64,000 bases of DNA, taken from positions 1 to 64,000 of the IMG/VR virus record IMGVR_UViG_3300027313_000002. The stretch is one strand, 5' to 3'. Positions 28,942 through 37,834 of this stretch are shown here, piece after piece. The translations under genes were made by a program, and so were the position numbers. Numbering within the stretch: the first letter of the stretch is position 1; the number at the start of each line of letters is the position of its first letter. This DNA comes from a virus. The notes beneath the pieces are model-generated. The model was given only the letters and a program-made list of their open reading frames with translations. It searched no databases and had not been told where the DNA came from.

Positions 28942-29562
28942 ATGAGCGGATCCCTGACCGAGCTGCTGGAGGCCCGGCGCGTGACGCCGGAGGAGGTCGA
29001 GCAGGCCAGCTTCTCCAGGGTCCGCTTCGGCGGCGTCAGCGACGGGGAGGTGGCCGCGTTCCTGGACCGGGTGCACGACGAGCTGGTGGTGCTGGCCGCC
29101 GAGCGGGACGCCGCGCTGGCCGGCGCCGCGCGGGACCGGGATACCGCGGCGGCGACCGCCGGCGAGCCAGGCCCGGGCGCCATGGAGGCGGTGCGCATCC
29201 TGGCCGAGGCGCAGGCCACCGCCGCCAGGCTAGTGGCCGAGGCCCGGGCCGAGGCGGACGAGCTGACCGGCAACGCCAAGCGGCAGCGCGACCAGCTGCT
29301 CGCCGACGCCGAGGCGAAAGCCGCCGCGACCCTGAGCACCGCCGGGGCGGAGGCCGCCGCCGTGCGCGCCCAGGCGCCCGCTGAGGCCCTCGCGCGGCTG
29401 GCCCGGTGGCAGAGCATGGGGCAGAGCCTCGGCGGCCACCTGGAGGCGCTGCAGGACGAGATCACGGCGGTCCTGGACTTCTGGGGAGAGCCGCCACCGG
29501 AGCCCGCGCCCGCCCGGCCGGCCCGGCGCCGCCGCCCCGCTACGCCAGCGGATACGGCATGA
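28942..29562 (+). CDS. divIVA: DivIVA/Wag31-domain coiled-coil protein
   Basis: VTPEEVEQASFSRVRFGG.S..EVAAFLDRV N-terminal domain; AVRILAEAQATAARLVAEARAEAD coiled coil. Confidence 0.85.
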   Translation: MSGSLTELLEARRVTPEEVEQASFSRVRFGGVSDGEVAAFLDRVHDELVVLAAERDAALAGAARDRDTAAATAGEPGPGAMEAVRILAEAQATAARLVAEARAEADELTGNAKRQRDQLLADAEAKAAATLSTAGAEAAAVRAQAPAEALARLARWQSMGQSLGGHLEALQDEITAVLDFWGEPPPEPAPARPARRRRPATPADTA

Positions 29563-29968
29563 CCTCGGTGACGAGCACGCCCTCCGGCGGCAGCTGAGTC
29601 GCGGCGGCCGTGCCGCGCTGGTTCCCCGCCATCATCCACGCCCGCTGCACCTGGACCGTGGCCTGCACCGCGGGCTGGGCGACGCCGAGCAGGCCGGCGA
29701 TGTCCTGGCAGATGCCGTCCAGCGTGCTGGCGATGGCCGCCTCCACCTGGTCCTGGTCGAACTTGCTGTAGTCCCAGGTGTAGACGTTCAGGTCCTTCTG
29801 CGGGTCCGGCTGGGTGCTGCCGGTCTCGAAGAAGAACACGAACTGGACCGGGTTCGGCACCCCGAACGCCACCGTGCCGCCCTGGGCGGTCAGCCCGCTG
29901 AACGTGCAGTCGTAGCTGACCGACGCGCAGTGCGCCAGCGGGCCGAGGTCCGGCATCCGTGTGGCCAT
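29540..29968 (-). CDS. Hypothetical tail-associated protein
   Basis: RBS GAGGGAGG; follows the tail fibre gene. Confidence 0.65.
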   Translation of the reverse strand: MATRMPDLGPLAHCASVSYDCTFSGLTAQGGTVAFGVPNPVQFVFFFETGSTQPDPQKDLNVYTWDYSKFDQDQVEAAIASTLDGICQDIAGLLGVAQPAVQATVQVQRAWMMAGNQRGTAAATQLPPEGVLVTEVMPYPLA

Positions 29969-29977
29969 GGCCCTCCC

Positions 29978-32900
29978 TCAGTGCGTGTAGCTGACGGTGA
30001 GCATCGGCTTCTGGCTGTTAGTGGCGTTCATGCCCCGGTAATACCCAGTGTACTGCGAGGACCCGCCGCCGATCGGGTTGCAGGCCGCCATCAGGTACGT
30101 GTAGGTGCCCAGCAGGTCAGTGATGAGCTGGAGGTTGGTGGTGGACCCGACCGAGTTGGTCTGCCCGGCCTTGAAGCTGGGCTGAGTCCGGGGCGTCGTG
30201 GAGACCACGCTGCCGGTGCTCCGCGCGCTGGACGGGTAGATGCCGACGACCGCCCCGCCCGAATAATAGGTGCCCATGCACGTCATCCGCAGCGACCAGC
30301 TGGTGATCGTCGCCCCGGACGGGATAGCCGCCTTGACATTCGAGAAGTCCATGAACGAGTAGCAGCTGCCGCCGCCATTGTTATAGGCATTCCAGCCGCA
30401 GTACACCGCGCCCCCGACGGCGAGCAGGCCGCCAGCGCCCGAGTAGGCCCAGGTCTGGTTCGGGTAGAACGACTGCGTGTAGAGCTGGCTGCCGGCGCCG
30501 CCGCTGGTGCCGGTGCCCAGGGCCAGGCCGGTGTTGGTGGTGACGCCGGGGCCGCCGAAGCCGAGGTCGGTCACCCGCATCTCCACCACGTTCTCGTACT
30601 TGAACGCGCCGGACTGGATGAAGGCGGTCAGCAGGAACCGGAAGGTCTGCGCGGCCGAGCTGTTGTACGGCATCACGTATTCCATGTACGGGCTCATGTT
30701 GTTGCTGGTCGAGCCGCTGGGCACCGGGACGATGCTGGGGTTGCTCAGCACGGTCGCCGACGACGTGGTGGGCGTGGAGCCGTCCGTCGTGTAGTGCAGC
30801 TTCTGCACCATCTGCGTGGCCGAGCCGGGCGCGGTCGTCGGCACGAAGTCGCACGGCAGCACCTGGAGCAGGTAGGCCCGGCCGGGCGGCACGGTCACGT
30901 CCAGTTCCAGGACGGCGACCTCGCTGGCCCCGATCGCGGTGGACGGCCACGGGCCGCCCGGCGTCCAGCCCCGCGAGACCAGGCCCTGCGGCAGGCTCGG
31001 CAGCAGCGTGTTCAGCAGCGACTGGCCCTGCACGATGACGTCGGTCGCGGCGCTGACGTACTGGCCGGTCACATCGCCGTCCGCGTCGATGCCGCCGAGC
31101 TGGTTGCCCCACGGGTCGGTCACCCCGAGGACGTTGGTCAGCATCGGCAGCCCGTAGAAGTTGATGCCCTGCGGGACGGCGTTGCCCAGTGCGTCGGTGC
31201 CGGGCACGGGCGAGTTGGAGTACACCAGGCCGCCGGCCACCTGCACGGTGTCGATGTACAGCAGCGTGCCGCTGGTGTCGGCGTGCGCCTCCTGCACGGT
31301 GAAGGTGGCGCTCACCGCGGTCGACGGCACCGTGGCCCCGGTCAGGGTCACCGCGGTCGGCGTGGTCGCGGCCAGCGCGAACGCGCCCTGGTCCCCGGCC
31401 ACCGTGCCCAGGTTCGTGCCGGTGCCGTTCGCGCCGCTCCAGAACGTGACGAAGACCGACACCGCGGACAGCGCGACGGCCGAGTACAGCACCGCCTGGG
31501 CGGTGGTGAACGTGCCGGCCTGGACCGTGAAGGCAGGCGAGGTCGCGCCCCAGGTGGCCGCCCCGGTCGCCGTGCACAGCAGCGAGTACGAGCCGGTGTT
31601 CGCCCAGGCGCCGGAGGCGGACAGCGTGCAGCTGACCGCCGCCCAGGACGAGGTGCTGCCCGACCCGGAGCCCTCGAAGTCCCACGTCGTCGGGCCGGTC
31701 GGCGACCCGTAGATGAGCTGGGTGCCGCCCGGCTGCAGCTCCATGAGCAGCTGCGTGCCGGCCGCGGTGTACCAGTAGATGGTGCCGTCCGGGCCGATCT
31801 TGAACACGACCGCGCCCGCCGAGTTGGTGATGGTGATCGAGCCGTCAGGGTTGATGGACGTACGCGGGTTGGTGCTGCTGTTCTGGATGGTGGAACCGGT
31901 GACCGTGGTGCCGTTGATGATCCCGGCGAGCACGATCCCGGCCTGGAACAGGCCCGCGGTCAGCGTCCCGGTGGCGATCTGGCCTGCGGTGATGGTCGAG
32001 CTGGCGATCTGGGTGGCCGTTATCGTACCGCTCGCGATCTGCGTCGCGGTGATGGTGCCCGCCGCGATGAGCGCCGCCGTGACCGAGCCCGCCGCGATGG
32101 CCTGCGTGCCGTACTGGTACGCCGTCCAGGCCGAGCCGGTCCAGCGCTGCAGCTGGTAGCCAGCAGTGCCGTTGAACCACAGGTCACCGGTCTGCGGCGA
32201 GGTCGGCGCCGTGCTGCCCACGGTGACGTTCGGCCCGCCGCCGATGGCCTGGGCGGTGAACGCCACCTGCCCGGCGGTGATCCCGGCGGTAGCCGATAGC
32301 TGACTGCCCAGGATCCCGGCCGTGGCGGAGATCTGGGTGGAGGTGATGGTCCCGGTCTGGATGACGGTGCCGGGCAGGCTGCCCGGGGTGATGGCCGACC
32401 CCACCGCCAGCGGGGTGGCGGTGCTCTGCGCCGACGCCGCCGAGGCCACGCCGGACTGGTTGACCGCCACCAGCTTGACGTAATACGGGGTGCCCGCGGT
32501 CAGCCCGCCGATGCCGAACAGCCCGCCCACGGCCATGGTGCCCTGCAGGGTGGGCGTGCCCGGGGTGAACCCGGACGTCGTCGACCCGTGCACCTGGACG
32601 TAGCGGAAGTCGTACAGCGGCGCCGCCCCGGCCAGGTTCCCGTCCCAGCCGACGATGACCCCGAGCAGCCCGGCCACGACCGTGGGGGCGTCCGGCTGGC
32701 CCGGCGGCGGGGCGTTGACCGTGACCGCGGTCACCGTCCCGTCGGACTGCTGGCCGAGGACGACCCGCGCGGTGCCGGTCGGGTCGCGGATCACGACGCC
32801 GGTCGGGGTGGTGGACACCGAGGCGGCCGGGACGGCGCCGGCCGAGTCGGCCGCCGTGCCCGCCGAGGCGCCCGCCGCGGTCACGGTGTGGCTGCCCGGA

Positions 32901-35047
32901 GCGATGGTGGTCGTGCCGCCCGAGCCGGTGACGGTGACGTTGGCGGTGCTGCCGGTGTCCGGGTTGACCGTGCCGGCCGGCACCCAGGTCCCCGTCTGGG
33001 AGTTGTACACCAGCGGCGCGTTGTTGGCCGCGCCGCCGCCCACCACGTTGGACAGGCCGGCCATGGTCAGCGAGTACACCGACGGCTGGGTCAGGTTGCT
33101 GATACCGCCGGCCACCGCGGTGGTCCCGGTGACAGACAGGAACTGCCCGCCGAGCTTGCCGACCACGTAGGCCAGCTGCTCCTGCAGCCACTGCAGGTAG
33201 GACACCAGGGTCAGCTCATGGGTCTCGACCCCGCTGGCGTCGACCTGCACGGCGATGGCGATGACCTGCACGGAGTCGACCGCAGAGTAATCCGGCCGCT
33301 CCAGCCCCACCCAGTCGCCGACGTCGAAGTCCCGGAACACGGTCTTGCCCGGCCGGTTCGGGGTGATCTGCAATGTCCACTGCAGCTGCTCGATGGAGGT
33401 CTGCTCGACCGAGGCGGCGGCCACCACGTCGATGTCGGTGGGGCTGACCTGGACGGCGGCTTGGATCCATGCCTCGCGCTGGCCCCAGCTGGCGATCGAC
33501 GTGGTGTTCGAGGCGGTGACCGTGCGGCCGTCGGAGTTGATGGCGGCGATGAGGTTGGCGATCTGGTTGCGGGTGCGGGTGCGCTGCTTGGAGGTCTCGT
33601 CCCGGGCCTCGCGCAAGATGACAGACTGCGACCGGTCCGCGCCCAGGGTGATGATCCCGGTGGCCCTCGGGATGCCGACCTGCAGGACGAACCCGGGCTG
33701 CATGACGAACTCGGCGTTGATCATGCTCGCGTGGCCCTGGAGCAGGGCGAACAGGTCGGTGCCGTTCTGGATTTGCACGGACTGGCTGTCGCTCCAGGCG
33801 TTGCCGAAGCTGTCGTAGCTGGCGCTCATCCGGGTAGTGATGAACGGGATGGTGCCGCGGCCCTGGGCGGCCTGCAGCTCCTGCAGCCACACCGACATGA
33901 TGGGCTGGTTGAAGTACAGCGCCCCGGCCAGGCTGGACGTCGTGACGTTGCTGTTCAGGCTGGTGATGGTGGCGAACTGGCTGTTGTCGACGTCGTACTT
34001 GGCGCTCACGTAGAACGCCACCTGAGTCGCGTTCCAACTGTGCGCGACCTTGAACTGCTGAGCCCAGTTCTGGCCGTCGGGACTGGTCCAGGCATAGAAG
34101 TAGCCGGCGCTCTCGCTGATCTGCCAGTACTGGTAGGCCTGGTTGTTGGCAGCGACGGTGTTGAAATTGGCGGCCGAGCTGATGACCTTGGTCTGCGTGC
34201 CGGTCGGGTCGCCCAGCTGAGCGTAGAAGTTCAGCCCGCTCATCCCGATGAGGAAGTAATGGCCCGCGTTGTTCACGTCCTGCACGTAGAACTGGGTGAG
34301 CTGGCTGCCGTCCAGGGTGGCGCCTGCGGCGTTCGGCGAGACCATGGGGTTGACCTGGGCGGATATGAGGGTGCTGGTGGCGTCGAAGACGCTGGTGCCC
34401 AGGAACGTGGTGGACGGGCTGGCCATGACCTGAGCGGTGCCGCTCGGGTTCAGCGCGATGTGCGAGGTCGGGCTGGCCAGGTTCCACAGGTAGAAGTCGG
34501 GCACCAGCTGGCCGGAGGTGTTGACCTCGGAGAAGCTGTCGGTGATGGCGTCCAGCTTGTAGATGATGCTCGGGAAGCCGGGCGGCGCCGCCATGGCCCA
34601 GGACAGCGCGGCGATGGAGCCCGGCCCGGTGACGGTGGCGATCCGCTGCTCGCTCGGGTCGACGAGCTGCTCGGTCACGGTCTCGGCGAAGAACTCGAAC
34701 CGGAGCACGCCGTCCTGCCAGACCTGCCACAGGTGCTCGTAGTCCAGGATGTTGTGCGCGGCCAGGCCGCCGGGCAGCACGACCTGCCAGAACGAGTCAT
34801 CCATGTTCAGCGTGACGGTGCCCGAGCCCTTGTCAGACAGCTGCTTGGCGAACTGCAGGGTCAGGACCGTCCGCGGCGGCAGCTTGGCCAGCTGCTGGTA
34901 GTAGGACGGGGCGGCCAGCACGGTGACCTCCCAGCCCGACCCGGCGCCGGGGGGAGGCGGGCCGCCCGGGCCGCCCGCGGCGTACGGCTGGCCGGGCAGC
35001 AGCAGGCCGGAGCCGATGGCGTCGGGCAGGACGGTGGCGAGCGGCAC
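29978..35047 (-). CDS. Large minor tail / central fibre protein (Tal-like N-terminus, FN3, ITA..I repeats, CBM-like domain)
   Basis: 1689 aa; siphovirus tail N-terminus (DFDVGDWV); FN3-like YYVKLVAVN; repeated GTITATQIA. Confidence 0.88.
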   Translation of the reverse strand: MPLATVLPDAIGSGLLLPGQPYAAGGPGGPPPPGAGSGWEVTVLAAPSYYQQLAKLPPRTVLTLQFAKQLSDKGSGTVTLNMDDSFWQVVLPGGLAAHNILDYEHLWQVWQDGVLRFEFFAETVTEQLVDPSEQRIATVTGPGSIAALSWAMAAPPGFPSIIYKLDAITDSFSEVNTSGQLVPDFYLWNLASPTSHIALNPSGTAQVMASPSTTFLGTSVFDATSTLISAQVNPMVSPNAAGATLDGSQLTQFYVQDVNNAGHYFLIGMSGLNFYAQLGDPTGTQTKVISSAANFNTVAANNQAYQYWQISESAGYFYAWTSPDGQNWAQQFKVAHSWNATQVAFYVSAKYDVDNSQFATITSLNSNVTTSSLAGALYFNQPIMSVWLQELQAAQGRGTIPFITTRMSASYDSFGNAWSDSQSVQIQNGTDLFALLQGHASMINAEFVMQPGFVLQVGIPRATGIITLGADRSQSVILREARDETSKQRTRTRNQIANLIAAINSDGRTVTASNTTSIASWGQREAWIQAAVQVSPTDIDVVAAASVEQTSIEQLQWTLQITPNRPGKTVFRDFDVGDWVGLERPDYSAVDSVQVIAIAVQVDASGVETHELTLVSYLQWLQEQLAYVVGKLGGQFLSVTGTTAVAGGISNLTQPSVYSLTMAGLSNVVGGGAANNAPLVYNSQTGTWVPAGTVNPDTGSTANVTVTGSGGTTTIAPGSHTVTAAGASAGTAADSAGAVPAASVSTTPTGVVIRDPTGTARVVLGQQSDGTVTAVTVNAPPPGQPDAPTVVAGLLGVIVGWDGNLAGAAPLYDFRYVQVHGSTTSGFTPGTPTLQGTMAVGGLFGIGGLTAGTPYYVKLVAVNQSGVASAASAQSTATPLAVGSAITPGSLPGTVIQTGTITSTQISATAGILGSQLSATAGITAGQVAFTAQAIGGGPNVTVGSTAPTSPQTGDLWFNGTAGYQLQRWTGSAWTAYQYGTQAIAAGSVTAALIAAGTITATQIASGTITATQIASSTITAGQIATGTLTAGLFQAGIVLAGIINGTTVTGSTIQNSSTNPRTSINPDGSITITNSAGAVVFKIGPDGTIYWYTAAGTQLLMELQPGGTQLIYGSPTGPTTWDFEGSGSGSTSSWAAVSCTLSASGAWANTGSYSLLCTATGAATWGATSPAFTVQAGTFTTAQAVLYSAVALSAVSVFVTFWSGANGTGTNLGTVAGDQGAFALAATTPTAVTLTGATVPSTAVSATFTVQEAHADTSGTLLYIDTVQVAGGLVYSNSPVPGTDALGNAVPQGINFYGLPMLTNVLGVTDPWGNQLGGIDADGDVTGQYVSAATDVIVQGQSLLNTLLPSLPQGLVSRGWTPGGPWPSTAIGASEVAVLELDVTVPPGRAYLLQVLPCDFVPTTAPGSATQMVQKLHYTTDGSTPTTSSATVLSNPSIVPVPSGSTSNNMSPYMEYVMPYNSSAAQTFRFLLTAFIQSGAFKYENVVEMRVTDLGFGGPGVTTNTGLALGTGTSGGAGSQLYTQSFYPNQTWAYSGAGGLLAVGGAVYCGWNAYNNGGGSCYSFMDFSNVKAAIPSGATITSWSLRMTCMGTYYSGGAVVGIYPSSARSTGSVVSTTPRTQPSFKAGQTNSVGSTTNLQLITDLLGTYTYLMAACNPIGGGSSQYTGYYRGMNATNSQKPMLTVSYTH

Positions 35048-35437
35048 GGCGGGCTACTTCTTGGCCCGGCCGGTAACGTGCAAGCGGGCGTTACCGGTGA
35101 CCGGCGGCGGGTCCGGGCCGGGCGTAGCCGGGAACACGGTGCCGAGACGTGCCTGGTCCTCGCCCGGCCCGGGGTCCTCCCACGGGCCGCCATGATCCAT
35201 AGCGTCCCGGATGTCCCCGAGTACGTCAGCGTCCGGCCGGGACCACGGCAGGTCATTCTGCTCGGTCATGGCGCACACTCGATGACGGCCAGCAGGTCGG
35301 CAACGTCCTGGCTCTCCAAGGCCCGGACTTCCAGCCGGGCCCGGGCCTCGGCGTACCGGCACTCGCGCTCCTGGCGCTGCGCGCGCAGCCCGTCGGCGAC
35401 GGCGGACAGGTCGATGACTAGCTCGTGATCCATTGGC

Positions 35438-36351
35438 TCACCCAAATGCGTAGAGGCCGAAGAAGGAACCGGACAGGTAGTAGCAGCTGGCCGGGCAGGC
35501 CAGCGACAGCGAGCTGATCGCGGCCTGGGCGGCCGGGTTGTAGAAGCCCCAGCGGATCCGGCCGTCGACCATGGCCCCGGTCCCGTTGCCCGACCCGGAC
35601 ATGCTGTAGTAGCTCTTGTTGTACGTCGCCTGGCTGTAGTTGGGCAGGAAGGCGAACCCGCCGCCGGCGTTGACCGCCGACCCGGCCAGGCTGGCCGCGA
35701 CCCGGCAGACCGGCCAGACGGTGTTCGCGGCCGAGGCGAACTGGCTGCTGGCCAGCGCCCCGGTGCCGGCCCCGCTGATGTTGGACAGGTAGAAGCTCAG
35801 GTAGCTGTAGACCGCGGTGGTATCCCCGTTGACCTGCATCAGGATGTCGTCGGTCTGGTTGTTGGTCTCGGTCAGCCGGGCCTGGATCATGATGAGCAGG
35901 TGCTTGAAGGTCGCCGGGATGGCGCTCCAGGTAACCAGGTTCGTGGTGCTGTTGGGCAGCGTGGTCTCGTTGATGGTCGTGAAGGCGCCGACCGACCAGG
36001 CGGTCGAGGGCAGGCCGTGCGGCAGCTGGGCCAGCTGGGCGATCTCGTGGGCCCGGCTCAGCGCCAGGTCCCCGGCCGTCATCTCGTGCTGCACCGTGGT
36101 GCCGGCACCCCAGGCCGAGGCCGAGGTGGTGTCCTGGGCCCGGGTGATGGTCCACGGCGTGCCCGAAGTCCCGGCCCCGGCCGTGACGTAGACGATTTCC
36201 GCGCCGCCGAGCACCAGCTTGAACGGGAACGTGGTGGGGTACCCGGACGGCGTGGTACTCAGGTACACGCTGGTCGCGGAGTTGGAGATGGCCGCTCCGG
36301 TCACGCCGGCTACGGCGACGTTGCTAAATAGTAGAAGGCGGGCGTCGTCAT
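35438..36351 (-). CDS. Minor tail protein; probable start ATG 36351 with a frame change at TTA (36325-36327)
   Basis: EIVYVTA...TITRAQDTT..HE motif and IPATFKHL domain; RBS-ATG is out of frame by a 2-nt gap at TAT-TTA. Confidence 0.75.
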
Positions 36352-36381
36352 CCTTCCTCGTCACCCCCGCCCACGCCACCG

Positions 36382-36951
36382 TTACTGCAAGGAGCGCCGC
36401 CTGCCTCGCACGATGTAGGAGATACTGGCCTGAGACACCCCGTAAAGGGCAGCCAAGCTCTCCTGCGAGACACCACCAGCCTGGTAAACGGCAATGAGCG
36501 CGCGAGCCTGGTCATCGGTGAGCTTGGCCCGTCCTGCCTCAATGCCAACCCGCACAGGAGGCAGGTGACCGCGCCCCCGCGAATGCATTTCCTTGGTGTT
36601 CTCAGCTGCTGTGCCCTCATGGACATGCTCAGGGTTCTCGGCATTGCAACAGAGCCCGAAGTCACAGCCGTGCAGGGCCTGCGGCTCAGGCCAGTGACCG
36701 TGCACAAAATAGAACGCTGCACGGTGGGCAAGAACAAACTGCCGCCGCTCGCCTCCCCAGAAGAACCTGCCGTAGTACAGGTCCGGCATGCCCTTGGCAA
36801 GCGCCTTGGCACCCGTCCAGGGCCAGCACTCGTCATAGCCCCGGCGGTCCACCTTGGGCCAGAAGCGAACCTCAGGCGATACAACGCCACTGCCCTTTGG
36901 CCGTCCTGCTGACTGGTGCCGTCGGCACCGGCACCCTGACTCGCAACGCAT
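36382..36951 (-). CDS. HNH endonuclease with C-terminal HTH
   Basis: RFWPKVD...CWPWTG...AHR...LHGCD...CCN..H...GT..EN; AKLT...QESLAALYGVSQ. Confidence 0.92.
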   Translation of the reverse strand: MRCESGCRCRRHQSAGRPKGSGVVSPEVRFWPKVDRRGYDECWPWTGAKALAKGMPDLYYGRFFWGGERRQFVLAHRAAFYFVHGHWPEPQALHGCDFGLCCNAENPEHVHEGTAAENTKEMHSRGRGHLPPVRVGIEAGRAKLTDDQARALIAVYQAGGVSQESLAALYGVSQASISYIVRGRRRSLQ

Positions 36952-36976
36952 ATCTTAATGATACAGCCTCGCATAT

Positions 36977-37834
36977 CTATAGGTAGCAATCGTTCCATTT
37001 CAGCGTGGCTGTCCCAGCGGAGACCTGGATGATGTTGGCTCCGGGCAAGAGACAGAGCCACATGCGGCTGCCGCTGTGGGTGAGCCCGGCCGCCTGGTTG
37101 ATGCCCGCGGTGTCGGTGACGGTGAAGTTGAGGATGTCGACGGTGACCGGGTAGACAGCCCCGGCCGCGCTGAAGCTGAACGCCACCCCGCACGTGGTGT
37201 TGGTGACGGTGGCCGCGGCGCTCAGCTGGACGGTGAAGGCGCTGACCGCACTGGGGTACCCCTCGCCCACGATGCCCTCGCCCAGGGCCGTGCACGTGGT
37301 GCTGGCGCCCGTGCAGGCCGCGGTCTGCTGCGCGCCGTAGAAGTACGGGTCGGACAGGAGGAAGTCGACGCTGAACGCGGCCGAGGTACGGCCGTTCATG
37401 GTCAGGTCCATGGAGCCGGCGATCTCGGCCATGGCCGTGCTGGTGACCAGCTTGGGAGTGCCCTGGGTGAGGTACCAGTTGCGCTGCAGCTGGCCCTGCA
37501 CCGACCCGGTGGGGTTGCGGTACCACAGCATCTTGCGCAGCTGCTGCAGGTTGTCGTTGAAGGCCAGCCGCTCGTCCGCACTCGGGTAGGACTGCGAGGC
37601 GCTGGCCTGGCCGCCGGCCCACATGGCCAGGGTGAGGGTGCGCTCGTCCGGGTATTTCTGCCGGAAGCCCTGGCCCGCGCGGTAGGCCGCCGCGTAGTCC
37701 GAGCCGCGCAACGTGGGCAGCGCGAACCGGCTGCCGCCGAAGGTGGCGATGTTCATGTAGGACTGGTTGAGCGCGGTGCCGTTCCAGTACCACAGCTCGG
37801 CCGGGGAGTAGGCGGCAGCCGACGGCGCTGGCAT
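36977..37834 (-). CDS. Distal tail protein (Dit)
   Basis: Follows the tape measure gene; ERTLTL...SDPYFYG...LLPGAN motif. Confidence 0.85.
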   Translation of the reverse strand: MPAPSAAAYSPAELWYWNGTALNQSYMNIATFGGSRFALPTLRGSDYAAAYRAGQGFRQKYPDERTLTLAMWAGGQASASQSYPSADERLAFNDNLQQLRKMLWYRNPTGSVQGQLQRNWYLTQGTPKLVTSTAMAEIAGSMDLTMNGRTSAAFSVDFLLSDPYFYGAQQTAACTGASTTCTALGEGIVGEGYPSAVSAFTVQLSAAATVTNTTCGVAFSFSAAGAVYPVTVDILNFTVTDTAGINQAAGLTHSGSRMWLCLLPGANIIQVSAGTATLKWNDCYL

